NCBI GenBank assembly: GCA_046545815.1
Contig: JBKGZA010000002.1
Span: 1 to 62,881 of the forward strand
Reading direction: 5' to 3'
From: Bacteroidales bacterium
GTDB taxonomy: Bacteria > Bacteroidota > Bacteroidia > Bacteroidales > UBA12077
Length of the DNA: 62,881 bases
The notes under the pieces are model-generated. The model had not been told where the DNA came from. It saw nothing but the letters and a program-made list of their open reading frames with translations, and did not search any database. A program made the position numbers and the translations under genes. Each line of letters begins with the position of its first letter. The first letter of the stretch is position 1. Below are positions 17,887 to 28,038 of the stretch, in pieces.

Positions 17887-20070
17887 CTAATTGAACCAAT
17901 ACGACAGCTTCGCTACCAGCGCACGGTTCTTCTCCCTGAAATTTTCGGGCAAATAGTTGTCAGTATACACAATATACAAGTCGGAAACGGGTGCATACCG
18001 CCATTGGAAGCGAATGTTGGTGTTGATGTTGTCGATCTGTTCGTTATACTGCCAGAAAACCGACAAGAAGAGGCTTCGGGTAAATGTAAAATCAAACTTG
18101 GGTCCAAGCAGCCAAAATTCTGCGTCTTTATAAGGTTCCGGGAAATCCAGATCGTTGTACTCCAGGTTGAGGCTTATGCTGCCATAGGGCTGAAGACGGT
18201 ATTTAAAATTTCCCTCCACATATCCACGGGTGCCATGGAAGAATCCTCCATAGCCGGCAGTAAGGTCATAGTTAAGCAAACTTCGGGGGTCGGATTCGAA
18301 AACGACTTCTGCCTGGTTCCAGCTATAATCCGTACCTGCCGCAAGGGTATCGCCTGTAGTGTGGGTAGGATCAAAGGGATTCTCCAGCTTGATATATTCC
18401 CTTCTGTAATTGAAGGAGATATTGCTCCGGTCAAGAAACACGAATTCATATTTGAATTGGATGAGCTGATCGGTTTGATCCCACTGAGGATTGAAAATGG
18501 ATTGAAACATCAGGTCGGGACCGTGGTTGGCGATCCTTTCCGAGTTGGGATAAAACTTGTATTCAATACGGGGGCTCAGCAGATGATAGCCCGTTCTTCT
18601 TATGTAACCGGTCTCAGCATGATAATCTGCCCCCACATAGTCGTAAGCTCCGTCGATATCCCAATGTTGGGTAGAATAATTGATGGTAGCCGAAGCAGCC
18701 TGATCATCAGAATGACCATCGGGAGTGACCGAACGGTGGTAAAAAGTTTTGCCGGTCCACCGGTTATCAGCACTGGCGAGGTTGTAATCGATGCCAAATA
18801 CCCTGTTGAACCGGTCGGCATCCTCAAATTTTTCCCTGCCGGTGGGAACGGTAAGCTGCTTGTTAATAAAAAAAGCCCCGATATTGGAACGGGAAAACAC
18901 CTGGTGCTGCATTGTGGCCACTGTAAAGTTAGCAGCAGGAATATTGCCTTTGGTTCCTGTTTGCATATTCATCAAACCAATGCGCATATCTTTATTGAGC
19001 TTGCCGCTTAAACGGGCACCTGCATGCACGGGATTGGTCAATCCAATGCGCCGGGAAAAGAAGGGCCGGATATTTTCCTTGCCATAGCCGGTAAAAAGAT
19101 CTTTATTCTCGAGAAAGAACTGCCTTTTCTCAGGGAAAAACAATTCAAACCGGTCCAGGTTGGTCACCTGCTCATCCACCTCTACCTGCGAGTAATCCGG
19201 GTTAACAGTGAGGTCAAGTGTAAGATCCGAACTGAGCGATACGTTGGCATCCATTCCGGCATCGCCTGACCATTCCGTCTGATTTTCTGCTCGATGATTT
19301 CTGGATACTCCTCCAAGTAAATAGGGTATCAGCGATACATCTATCTCCGGGTCCGGCGGGCCATCTTCAAAGATGAGCGTGCCTGTAAACGCCAGGCTTG
19401 CGGTGGGAAACTGGCGGGTTACAGGTGCCCAGCTCGACTTTTCATTCTCCTTTAAATCCAGTCTGGAAAAATTGATACCCCATTGTTTAACGCCTTCCTT
19501 ATACTGAAGGTGCTTAAACGGTATGGCCATCTCGATGGTCCAGTAGTCATCGTATTCAACGACCTCCATTTTCCATTTGCAATCCCAGGTCAGCGACACA
19601 TCTCCTCCTTCCGATTGCAAACCATCCCACTTGGCACCTCCGGCGGAAGCGCCGAAGGAAAATCCATTGGTCTGATCGTTATAAGTGTCCATGAAAATAA
19701 GGAAATTGTCATTCTTGCCGAACTCAAAGTCACGCCGCAACGATTCCACAATATTCTCCCCCGGCATGCTTTCATAGCACTTCACCCCAAAATAAATATT
19801 TTCCTCGTCATAAAGCAACCGGACGGTAGTTTTGGCATTTGCATATCCCGTATCAATAGGCAGTACCCTGTGAAATTCATTGGCAATTTCTGATTTCTGC
19901 CAAACAGATTCGTTCAGTCTGCCATCTACCTGAATATCCTGATTGATTTTCTTAATTTCTATCCGGTGGGTCTGACGGTTATTGCTCATATCAGAAGCAG
20001 TTTTAACCTGCCCGGTTGCCTGGCTTGCAATGCAAGCCAGGAAAAACAGAAAAATCGTTCGTGTGCTCAT
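17887..20070 (-). CDS. secreted carbohydrate-binding family 9 (CBM9)-like / DUF5916 domain protein
   Basis: 727 aa with an N-terminal signal peptide (MSTRTIFLFFLACIASQATGQ) and a large beta-rich body ending in an aromatic residue pattern (..LSYWFN), typical of this Bacteroidota family. Recognised by eye. Confidence 0.65.
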   Translation of the reverse strand: MSTRTIFLFFLACIASQATGQVKTASDMSNNRQTHRIEIKKINQDIQVDGRLNESVWQKSEIANEFHRVLPIDTGYANAKTTVRLLYDEENIYFGVKCYESMPGENIVESLRRDFEFGKNDNFLIFMDTYNDQTNGFSFGASAGGAKWDGLQSEGGDVSLTWDCKWKMEVVEYDDYWTIEMAIPFKHLQYKEGVKQWGINFSRLDLKENEKSSWAPVTRQFPTASLAFTGTLIFEDGPPDPEIDVSLIPYLLGGVSRNHRAENQTEWSGDAGMDANVSLSSDLTLDLTVNPDYSQVEVDEQVTNLDRFELFFPEKRQFFLENKDLFTGYGKENIRPFFSRRIGLTNPVHAGARLSGKLNKDMRIGLMNMQTGTKGNIPAANFTVATMQHQVFSRSNIGAFFINKQLTVPTGREKFEDADRFNRVFGIDYNLASADNRWTGKTFYHRSVTPDGHSDDQAASATINYSTQHWDIDGAYDYVGADYHAETGYIRRTGYHLLSPRIEYKFYPNSERIANHGPDLMFQSIFNPQWDQTDQLIQFKYEFVFLDRSNISFNYRREYIKLENPFDPTHTTGDTLAAGTDYSWNQAEVVFESDPRSLLNYDLTAGYGGFFHGTRGYVEGNFKYRLQPYGSISLNLEYNDLDFPEPYKDAEFWLLGPKFDFTFTRSLFLSVFWQYNEQIDNINTNIRFQWRYAPVSDLYIVYTDNYLPENFREKNRALVAKLSYWFN

Positions 20071-20460
20071 GCAATCAAAAATTTTATCATATCAGGCAAT
20101 TGTTTGCCTGATACATGATTCCGTTTAAAATGACGATAAGTAAACCAATTGCCGGAAGGCAAATTTGAGAAATTTTACGTAAAAAAGCGCCATAACCTGC
20201 GAAAATTTTGGTTTCAAGGTGCCGTTTAATTTGGCGGAAAAATTTATCCTCAGAATATTGCGGGGTATATTTTAATGCTTCAGAGATATTAATTTCTGAA
20301 TTATCTTTGCAATTGGGAAATAAAGTTATATTTTTAGCGGATTACCGGCCGGGTATAACGGAGCGAGTGAAAGCATAACAACCGCATTGTGTGTGTGAAT
20401 TCAAAAATCCTGACCAAAAAAAATTTTATGTCCTGCGAACCTCAAAACAAACATAAGTCT

Positions 20461-21885
20461 ATGAAAGCAAAAACAACTATTTTTCCGCTTCAACTGATTA
20501 TTGCCTTGATCGTTGGAGGCTATCTTTTCAGGTCGTGCGACAGAGCCGACAAAAGCTATCAGCCGACGTGGGAGTCTATTGAACAACATGAAGTTCCCGA
20601 CTGGTATGACGACGCCAAGTTTGGAATTTTTATTCACTGGGGTGTATATGCTGTGCCTGCCTGGGCGCCGGTGGGTGGCTCCGAATCCTCCAGTCAGTAT
20701 TCCGAATGGTATCCGTTTCACATGTACAAAGAGGGGGATACCACTTACAAATACCACCGGAAACATTACGGAAAGCTTTCTGAATTCGGTTACAAGGACT
20801 TTATACCCATGTTCACCGCTGAGAAGTGGGATCCCGAACAGTGGGCACAGTTGTTTAAAGACGCAGGTGCCCGCTATGTGGTTCCTGTAGGAGAACATCA
20901 TGACGGTTTTCCTATGTGGGACAGTGACCTCACCGAATGGGATGCCATGGACAAGGGTCCCAAACGGGATATCATCGGTGAACTCGCAAAAGCTGTAAGG
21001 GAACGCAACATGAAGTATGCGCCTTCCTACCACCGCATGATGAACTATTACGATCCCAGCTTCGAAGACGGACACTTCAACAATCCCCATTATTCGGAGG
21101 ACGGACCGGACAGCGTCTTTGTGAAGAACTGGAAAGAACGATGGGAAGAGTTGCGTGACAAATACAAACCCGATATTATATGGTTCGACGGCGACTGGAT
21201 GGCACCTGTCGATGTGTGGGGCACCAAACAGATAGTGGCCGATTATTATAATACAGCCCGGGAATGGGGGAAAGAAGTGCTGGTCAACGACCGTCTGGGT
21301 GAAGTAAGAGGAGAACGTGGTGATTTCTATACAACGGAATATGAATATGGCATTCAAACAGACACACTGATCACCCATAAATGGGAATCCTGCCGGGGCA
21401 TTGGCGGTTCTTTCGGATACAACAAAAATGAAGAACCGGAGGATTATATGTCGGTGAATGAACTGGTGGACATGCTGGTGGACATCGTGAGCAAGAACGG
21501 CAACCTCCTGCTCAATATCGGTCCGAAGGCCGACGGTACCATTCCTGAGATTCAGAAAGAGCGCCTCCTTGGGATTGGAGAATGGCTGCAGACCAACGGG
21601 GAGGCCATTTACGGAACGGATTACTGGGAGACATACGGTGAAGATAACATCCGCTTCACCCGTAAAGGCGACCATACGCTCTATGCCATTGCGCTGGAGT
21701 GGCCCGGTGAGCAGGTGACCATCCGATCTTTGGGTGAAGGCATGAAAGGAGAGATCCAGTCGGTATCTATGCTGGGATCGGACAGCCCACTGAACTGGGA
21801 TTTTTCTGAAGAAGGTCTCACCATCGATACCCCCTCTGAGAAACCCTGCGAGCATGCGTACGCATTTAAGATCAGTCTAAGATAG
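20461..21885 (+). CDS. alpha-L-fucosidase (GH29)
   Basis: GH29 motifs (FGIFIHWG.YAVPAW; GARYVVPVGEHHDGFPMWDS; IIWFDGDW). I prefer the start at MKAKTTIF (20461), which gives a signal/anchor sequence. Confidence 0.9.
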   Translation: MKAKTTIFPLQLIIALIVGGYLFRSCDRADKSYQPTWESIEQHEVPDWYDDAKFGIFIHWGVYAVPAWAPVGGSESSSQYSEWYPFHMYKEGDTTYKYHRKHYGKLSEFGYKDFIPMFTAEKWDPEQWAQLFKDAGARYVVPVGEHHDGFPMWDSDLTEWDAMDKGPKRDIIGELAKAVRERNMKYAPSYHRMMNYYDPSFEDGHFNNPHYSEDGPDSVFVKNWKERWEELRDKYKPDIIWFDGDWMAPVDVWGTKQIVADYYNTAREWGKEVLVNDRLGEVRGERGDFYTTEYEYGIQTDTLITHKWESCRGIGGSFGYNKNEEPEDYMSVNELVDMLVDIVSKNGNLLLNIGPKADGTIPEIQKERLLGIGEWLQTNGEAIYGTDYWETYGEDNIRFTRKGDHTLYAIALEWPGEQVTIRSLGEGMKGEIQSVSMLGSDSPLNWDFSEEGLTIDTPSEKPCEHAYAFKISLR

Positions 21886-21961
21886 TTTAAAACAGCTATC
21901 TGAATAAACCCTGACAATCTTTATGGGTATAATTGCCCAGGAATGTTAACTTATAAAATGA

Positions 21962-22585
21962 AAAAGCCACTATGAAAAAATTGATTACGGAGGACGCGAA
22001 GTGGAGGACGTGGATGCCAGCCGGGAATATATGCTGGAAAATTATCCCTTTGTGGATGAAGATCGGGTAGGAATCATCGGCTGGAGTCACGGCGGGCTCA
22101 TCACGCTCCATAACATCTTCGACTATCCGGATAATTACAGGGTAGCTTATGCCGGAGTCCCGGTCAGCGATCTCATCGCCAGAATGGGCTATAAGACACA
22201 GGGATATCGGGACCTATACTCAGTTGATTACCACATTGGGCAAACAGCCTATGAAAATGTGGAAGAATACAAGAAACGCTCTCCGGCATGGAATGCCCAT
22301 AAACTGGAGGACGTCCCCCTGCTGATCCACACCAACACCAACGATGCGGATGTCAATGTACTGGAAGTGGAGCATCTGATCAAATCACTACAGGCGCACG
22401 ACAAAGAATTTGAATACAAAATCTTCCAGGATGTGGCCGGAGGGCATTCTTTTAATCGGCTCGACACCAAAAAGGCCAAGGAGATACGGGTAGATATTTA
22501 CCAATTTTTAGATGAAGAACTCAATCCCCCGAAAAAGATACGTTCGGTGGAAGACATCAATAAGGCAACATATAAAGGATTTTAG
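21962..22585 (+). pseudogene. 5'-truncated S9 (prolyl oligopeptidase/dipeptidyl peptidase) family alpha/beta-hydrolase gene
   Basis: Only the C-terminal ~205 codons are present. Homology-like sequence (..DYGGREVEDVDASREYM..) runs right up to an in-frame TGA at 21959-21961 with no ATG. The catalytic triad region is retained (GWSHGG; NDADV; GGHSF), but the N-terminal strands and propeller are absent. Confidence 0.7.
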
Positions 22586-22755
22586 AAATTGATTGGCAAA
22601 GTTTGGTTGGCAGTTGACAAACCCATAAGCATTGGTGTAAAGGTGATAAAACGCTTATTTATTGTCATTGATGGTCACTCGTTTGTATCTGCCGGAGGTA
22701 AGCTGCGTAGCGACGAGACAAATTTTGTGAAGCCGGATTAAAGGATTCATAATAT

Positions 22756-22795
22756 AAAAAACGCATCCCCCCAGTTTTTGCGGGATGCGTTTTTT
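22756..22795. terminator. bidirectional rho-independent terminator
   Basis: AAAAAACGCATCCC-(loop)-GGGATGCGTTTTTT: a 10-bp GC-containing stem flanked by an A-run and a T-run. It lies between the convergent 3' ends of the peptidase remnant (+) and cimA (-). Confidence 0.85.
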
Positions 22796-22924
22796 AACCC
22801 TAAACCCAAATCTACCTATGAAAAAAAAGAATGCTTCATAAAAATTATCAATTGTTTGTTCGTACGGGAAAAAATACAAAAAGATTCAAAATATCGTAGA
22901 ATTTTAAATAATAAAACTTTATTG

Positions 22925-24505
22925 CTACCGGGAAGTCTGCATTTTTCGCTGATTTTTCCCTTGCATATCCATTCGGTTTTCGAGGAGATTCAACATGTTG
23001 GTAGTAGCTTTAATGGCCGATTCGATCTGATCGGCATCCAGGCCACGGGTTTTAAATTCCTCACCCCTGTAATTCCAGGTAATAACCGTTTCAACAAGGG
23101 CATCCGTATTGCCGCCCGGAGGAATGGTGACCATATAATCAGTAAGTTTTGGGAATTCTTTTTCCAGTTTGCTGTATATTTTCTTCAGTGCCTTCATAAA
23201 CGCGTCATACTGACCATCACCTTCAGAAGTTTCCTGATACTGCTGATTGTCAATTTCCACATTAAGAGAAGCCACAGGCCTGAGCCCTTTGGTCAGAGAC
23301 AGGGTGTAGCCTACTACTTTGATCTTCTCATCGACCATATTGGTATTCAGCACATCAGAGACAATATAGGGAAGATCTTCTGAGCTGACATGTTCTTTCT
23401 TGTCGCCCAGTTCAATGACTCTTTGAGTTACCTTTTCCATTGATTCGGGATCCAGGGATATACCCCATTCTTCCAGATTCTTTTTAATATTGGCCTTACC
23501 GGAGGTCTTGCCAAGGGCATATTTTCGTTTTCTTCCGAAACGTTCCGGAAGGAGTGCGTTGAAATAAAGCTGACTTTTGCTGTCTCCGTCTGCATGGACC
23601 CCACAGGTCTGTGTAAACACATTCTCCCCTATCAATGGCTTATTGGAAGGAATCCGTATGGCAGAAAAACTTTCTACCAGTTTACTGACCGAGTACAACT
23701 GAGATTCTTCCACGTTGATCTCAAAATCCGTATGGTCCTTAATCATCCCTACCACACTGGATAATGGTGCATTGCCGGCACGCTCTCCCATACCATTGAC
23801 TGTGGTATGGACTCCCTTCATGCCTGCATATAATCCGGCATAGGAATTGGCAACCGAAAGGTCATAATCGTTATGGGCATGAAAATCAAAATGCAGATCG
23901 GGGTAGCGTTCAAACATTTCCGAGCAGTACTGATATACCTCCTCATGATCGAGTATTCCAAGTGTATCGGGCAACATGAAGCGTTTCACCGGCTCGTCTT
24001 TCAATTGATCCATATAATAAAACACATAATCTTTGGAACTCTTCATTCCATTTGACCAGTCTTCAAGATATACATTTACCTCCAGTCCCATATCTATGGC
24101 TCTGTGAATAAAGGTTCTAATATCTTCGATGTGTTCTTCCCTGCTTTTTCTAAGCTGGTGTTTCAGGTGGTTGATCGAGCCTTTGGTGAGCAGATTCACC
24201 ACCCTGGCTCCGGATTCCTCAATCCATTCGAGAGATTTCGTCCCATCCAAAAATCCAAGGACTTCAATCTGATTCAGACAACCATTTTTCCCTGCCCAAT
24301 CTATAATCTTCCGGGTAGCTTCAAACTCTCCTTTTGACACGCGTGCTGAAGCAATTTCTATCCTGTCAACATTAACGTCGGCCAGGAGTTTTCTTGCAAT
24401 ATTGAGTTTCTCCAGCTCACTGAAAGAAACTCCGGAGGTCTGTTCCCCGTCACGCAGGGTGGTATCCATGACCTCTATGTACCTATTATTGAATGGCTGT
24501 GACAT
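22925..24505 (-). CDS. cimA: (R)-citramalate synthase (LeuA/CimA family, with C-terminal LeuA-dimer regulatory domain)
   Basis: 526 aa with MDTTLRDGEQTSGVSF...NVDRIEIASARVSKGE...HAHNDYDLSVANS...FTQTCGVHADGD. By recollection this closely parallels the characterised Leptospira CimA rather than the GFP-motif LeuA type. It is the last gene of the ilv operon. Confidence 0.8.
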   Translation of the reverse strand: MSQPFNNRYIEVMDTTLRDGEQTSGVSFSELEKLNIARKLLADVNVDRIEIASARVSKGEFEATRKIIDWAGKNGCLNQIEVLGFLDGTKSLEWIEESGARVVNLLTKGSINHLKHQLRKSREEHIEDIRTFIHRAIDMGLEVNVYLEDWSNGMKSSKDYVFYYMDQLKDEPVKRFMLPDTLGILDHEEVYQYCSEMFERYPDLHFDFHAHNDYDLSVANSYAGLYAGMKGVHTTVNGMGERAGNAPLSSVVGMIKDHTDFEINVEESQLYSVSKLVESFSAIRIPSNKPLIGENVFTQTCGVHADGDSKSQLYFNALLPERFGRKRKYALGKTSGKANIKKNLEEWGISLDPESMEKVTQRVIELGDKKEHVSSEDLPYIVSDVLNTNMVDEKIKVVGYTLSLTKGLRPVASLNVEIDNQQYQETSEGDGQYDAFMKALKKIYSKLEKEFPKLTDYMVTIPPGGNTDALVETVITWNYRGEEFKTRGLDADQIESAIKATTNMLNLLENRMDMQGKNQRKMQTSR

Positions 24506-24650
24506 AATTCATCTTTTTATTTGATCCGGTATCGAAAAAATGATCCGGTTTCTCATTCCTGTTTAATTCTTTACACTGGCAAGCATGTGCTTCTATAACC
24601 CCAGCAAAAAAGAAATATGGGATCTCGACAAAAGAGATCCCATGAATTAG

Positions 24651-25697
24651 CTATTCTTCCGGTCTTAACTTACGCACCTGGCTTCCTGTTCTCCATAATT
24701 CTGATTCGTGAAGGGCTTTAAGCTCTTCCTGCAGTTTTTCCCTGTAATCGGGCTGACTGTTGATATCTATAGCACGTTGGGCTTCCTCTCCGCTGGCGAC
24801 TTTTCCATAAAGTTCATCAAATACCGGTTCCAATGCTTTCTGGAACCTGCCGTACCAGTCAAGTGCGCCCCGCTGAGCAGTAGTAGAACAATTGGCATAC
24901 ATCCAGTCCATACCATTTTCAGCTACCAGGGGCATCAGGCTCTGAGTGAGCTCTTCAACCGTTTCGTTAAAGGCTTCAGACGGGGAATGCCCGTTCTTTC
25001 GCAGCACATTAAATTGTGCCTGAAAAAGTCCTTGAATGGCGCCCATCAGGCTGCCTCTTTCTCCGGTAAGATCACTGAACACCTCCTTTTCGAAGGTGGT
25101 TTCGAAGAGATAGCCGCTACCTACCCCCATGCCCAGGGCTATTACCCTGTTCCAGGCATTGCCGGTAGCATCCTGGTGAATGGCATAACTGGAATTCACA
25201 CCCCGGCCTTGTTTAAATAAACGACGCAGGCTTGTACCCGAACCTTTCGGGGCTACCAGGATAACATCCACATTATCCGGTGGTATCACACCGCTGCGCT
25301 CTTTATAAGTTATTGAAAAACCATGAGAAAAATACAGGGCATCACCCGGGTTTAAGTTCCGTTTTACCTCATCCCAGATCATCATCTGGGCAGCATCTGA
25401 AACCAGATACTGAATAATGGTGCCCCTTTTAACAGCCTCCTCTACCGGAAACAAAGTTTTATCCGGCTCCCACCCGTCATTTAGGGCTTTATTCCAGTCA
25501 TCTTTAAATTCAGGAGCCTGCCCAACCACTACATTGATGCCATTGTCTTTCAGGTTCAATGCCTGAGCGGGTCCCTGAACGCCATAACCAATAACTGCTA
25601 CTGTTTCGTCCTTGAGTACTTCTGTTGCCTTTTTCAATGGAAACTCCTCTCTGGTCACCACATTTTCTTCTTCATCACCAAAACGTATTTTCGCCAT
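24651..25697 (-). CDS. ilvC: ketol-acid reductoisomerase (class I)
   Basis: 348 aa with GYGVQGPAQALNLKDNG and typical KARI knotted-domain sequence. Confidence 0.95.
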   Translation of the reverse strand: MAKIRFGDEEENVVTREEFPLKKATEVLKDETVAVIGYGVQGPAQALNLKDNGINVVVGQAPEFKDDWNKALNDGWEPDKTLFPVEEAVKRGTIIQYLVSDAAQMMIWDEVKRNLNPGDALYFSHGFSITYKERSGVIPPDNVDVILVAPKGSGTSLRRLFKQGRGVNSSYAIHQDATGNAWNRVIALGMGVGSGYLFETTFEKEVFSDLTGERGSLMGAIQGLFQAQFNVLRKNGHSPSEAFNETVEELTQSLMPLVAENGMDWMYANCSTTAQRGALDWYGRFQKALEPVFDELYGKVASGEEAQRAIDINSQPDYREKLQEELKALHESELWRTGSQVRKLRPEE

Positions 25698-25728
25698 AAC
25701 GTACTTTTTTTAGTTAATGCTTAGGATT

Positions 25729-26244
25729 CTACAATATATTGGCCAACTTGCCATCTGGCTTGATGAATGTTGATTTGACGGACCTTATATGCTGAATACT
25801 GGATAACTTTTCCATTTCCTCAAACATCTGGTTGATCTCCTCCCTGGAACCTGATTTCTCAAAATAAGTTTGGTCGGAATTGACCTTCATCAGCCGTACG
25901 TCATACTTCCTAATCAAGGCTTCTATGTCTGAAGATTCGAGCATCTCGTTAGTCGGGATCTGAAACAGGGTTGTTTCGTGTTGAGTTGTATTCTGCTCTT
26001 TTCTGGCGAAAGCATCAAATACCTCCACCTGTTTTTCTATTTGTTTGACTATCTTGTGCACCTGTTCTTCCGAGATTTTCAGAAGAATATTGAACCTGTG
26101 AATGCTTTCATACTCAGACCCGGATACCGTCAGGCTTTCGATGTTCAGTTTTCTGCGGGTAAAAATGTTGGCTATCCGGCTAAGCAGACCGGGATGATTC
26201 TCTGTGAAAACGGTGATTGTGTACAATTCTTTCTTGTCTTTCAT
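25729..26244 (-). CDS. ilvN: acetolactate synthase small (regulatory) subunit
   Basis: 171 aa with an N-terminal ACT domain (YTITVFTENHPGLLSRIANIFTRRKLNIESLTV), positioned directly after ilvB. Confidence 0.9.
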   Translation of the reverse strand: MKDKKELYTITVFTENHPGLLSRIANIFTRRKLNIESLTVSGSEYESIHRFNILLKISEEQVHKIVKQIEKQVEVFDAFARKEQNTTQHETTLFQIPTNEMLESSDIEALIRKYDVRLMKVNSDQTYFEKSGSREEINQMFEEMEKLSSIQHIRSVKSTFIKPDGKLANIL

Positions 26245-26270
26245 AACTTATTGCTTTTTAGTAATTATTA

Positions 26271-28025
26271 TTATTCAGATTCATTTTCTTCCGATGATTC
26301 CAGCATAATATCCGAAACGCTGGCACCAGGGGGTATCATGGGGAAAACATTATCTTCTTTCTCCACAACAACTTCAAGCAGATAAGGCCCCGGTGTTTCG
26401 AACATCTTGTTAATGGCGTCGGCCAGATCTTTACGTTCTACCACTCTGTTTGTGTTCAACCCGTAACCTTCGGCTATTTTATAATAGTTGGGGCTTGTCA
26501 TGGGTGTTGAAGAATAACGTTTGTTGAAAAACAACTGTTGCCATTGACGGACCATCCCCAGGTATGAATTATTCAGAATGATCATTTTCAGGGGAATGTT
26601 TGACTGAGTAATGGTGCCCAGCTCCTGAAGGGTCATTTGAAATCCTCCGTCACCGGATACTGCAACCACCTGCCGTTGGGTCGCACCGACCTGGGCTCCA
26701 ATAGCTGCAGGAACTCCAAATCCCATGGTTCCCAAACCTCCACTGGTTATAAGACTTCTGGTGCGGGTGAATTTAAAATACCGGGATGCAACCATCTGAT
26801 GTTGCCCAACATCGGTAACAAGTAACATATTCTCATCTCGTTCATTCAATTGAAGGATCACATCAGCCATCCGGACATGTTCCCGGTCTTCATCCTGTTG
26901 TCTCTTGATTATCTTTTGATGTTCTTGCTCATCGTATTTGCGGAATTTTTCGATCCATTCGGTAAAGGAATTTGGCTTAACCTCTTCGGTTAACAGTGGA
27001 AGGGTTTTCCTGACATTTCCTATGACCGGAACGTCAGCATTGACATTTTTATCGATTTCGGACTGATCGATGTCCATATGGATAACCCGGGCCTTTTCTC
27101 CATAGGTATTTAATTTTCCTGTAACCCGGTCATCAAAGCGCATGCCTATTCCAATAAGCAGATCCGCTTCATTGGTCAAGATATTGGGGCCATAATTGCC
27201 GTGCATGCCCAGCATACCCACATAATTGGGATAATCATTGGGAATTGCCGAAAGGCCAAGTAATGTAAATCCGGCAGGTATTCCGGTTTTATCAAGAAAA
27301 GCTTTCAGCTCTTCTTCAGCCTCACCGAGAATAACGCCGTGGCCTACCAAAGCCATAGGTTTTTGTGAATTATTGATCAGTTCAGCGGCTTTGGAGATCT
27401 GCTCCGGGTCAATTTCCGGCTCAGGTTTATAGCTGCGTATTTCCGCACATTTTTCATAGTGAAAATCCAGCTCTCCCGCCTGAGCATTCTTGGTCAGATC
27501 GAGGAGCACAGGGCCCGGCCTGCCTGACCTTGCAATGTAAAAAGCTTTGGCAATGGCACCTGGTATTTCTTCAGGTTTGGTAATCTGAAAATTCCATTTG
27601 GTCACGGGAGCGGATACTCCAATAATATCTACTTCCTGAAATCCATCTGTTCCCAGGAGCGCATCAGGCACCTGTCCTGTAATACACACCAATGGTACCG
27701 AGTCGATACTGGCATTGGAAATTCCGGTAACAAGGTTGGTAGCTCCGGGCCCGGAGGTAGCAAAGACCACTCCGGTTTCTCCTGTTGCCCTTGCATAACC
27801 GTCAGCAGCATGCACAGCTCCTTGCTCATGTCGCACGAGTAGATGATTGAGTTCTTTTTCATAATTCATCAGCGTATCGTAAACGGGTATAATCGACCCG
27901 CCCGGATAGCCGAAGACCTGATTCACGCCTTCTTCCAGCAGAGAGAGCACAAGGGCTTCCGAACCTTTTACTCTTTTTTTAACCGTTCCGCCGTGTGCCT
28001 GGGATCCTGATTTTGGTGCCTCCAT
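26271..28025 (-). CDS. ilvB: acetolactate synthase large subunit (biosynthetic, ThDP-dependent)
   Basis: 584 aa with the ThDP-binding motif GGLGTMGFGVPAAIGA...GDGGFQM...NN and an FAD-binding middle domain. Confidence 0.95.
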   Translation of the reverse strand: MEAPKSGSQAHGGTVKKRVKGSEALVLSLLEEGVNQVFGYPGGSIIPVYDTLMNYEKELNHLLVRHEQGAVHAADGYARATGETGVVFATSGPGATNLVTGISNASIDSVPLVCITGQVPDALLGTDGFQEVDIIGVSAPVTKWNFQITKPEEIPGAIAKAFYIARSGRPGPVLLDLTKNAQAGELDFHYEKCAEIRSYKPEPEIDPEQISKAAELINNSQKPMALVGHGVILGEAEEELKAFLDKTGIPAGFTLLGLSAIPNDYPNYVGMLGMHGNYGPNILTNEADLLIGIGMRFDDRVTGKLNTYGEKARVIHMDIDQSEIDKNVNADVPVIGNVRKTLPLLTEEVKPNSFTEWIEKFRKYDEQEHQKIIKRQQDEDREHVRMADVILQLNERDENMLLVTDVGQHQMVASRYFKFTRTRSLITSGGLGTMGFGVPAAIGAQVGATQRQVVAVSGDGGFQMTLQELGTITQSNIPLKMIILNNSYLGMVRQWQQLFFNKRYSSTPMTSPNYYKIAEGYGLNTNRVVERKDLADAINKMFETPGPYLLEVVVEKEDNVFPMIPPGASVSDIMLESSEENESE

Positions 28026-28038
28026 AAACTATTAAATT

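Noticed and set aside
20401-21855. 484-aa ORF antisense to the fucosidase gene (and the 395-aa ORF at 17824-19011 antisense to the CBM9/DUF5916 gene)
   Set aside because: Both are in exact codon register with well-supported sense genes, so they are mirror ORFs kept open by the absence of TTA/CTA/TCA sense codons. Their translated sequences are compositionally odd and match no family I recognise.
22778-23383. 201-aa plus-strand ORF overlapping cimA
   Set aside because: It is antisense to a gene with strong CimA similarity, extends across the bidirectional terminator region, and has no recognisable domains.
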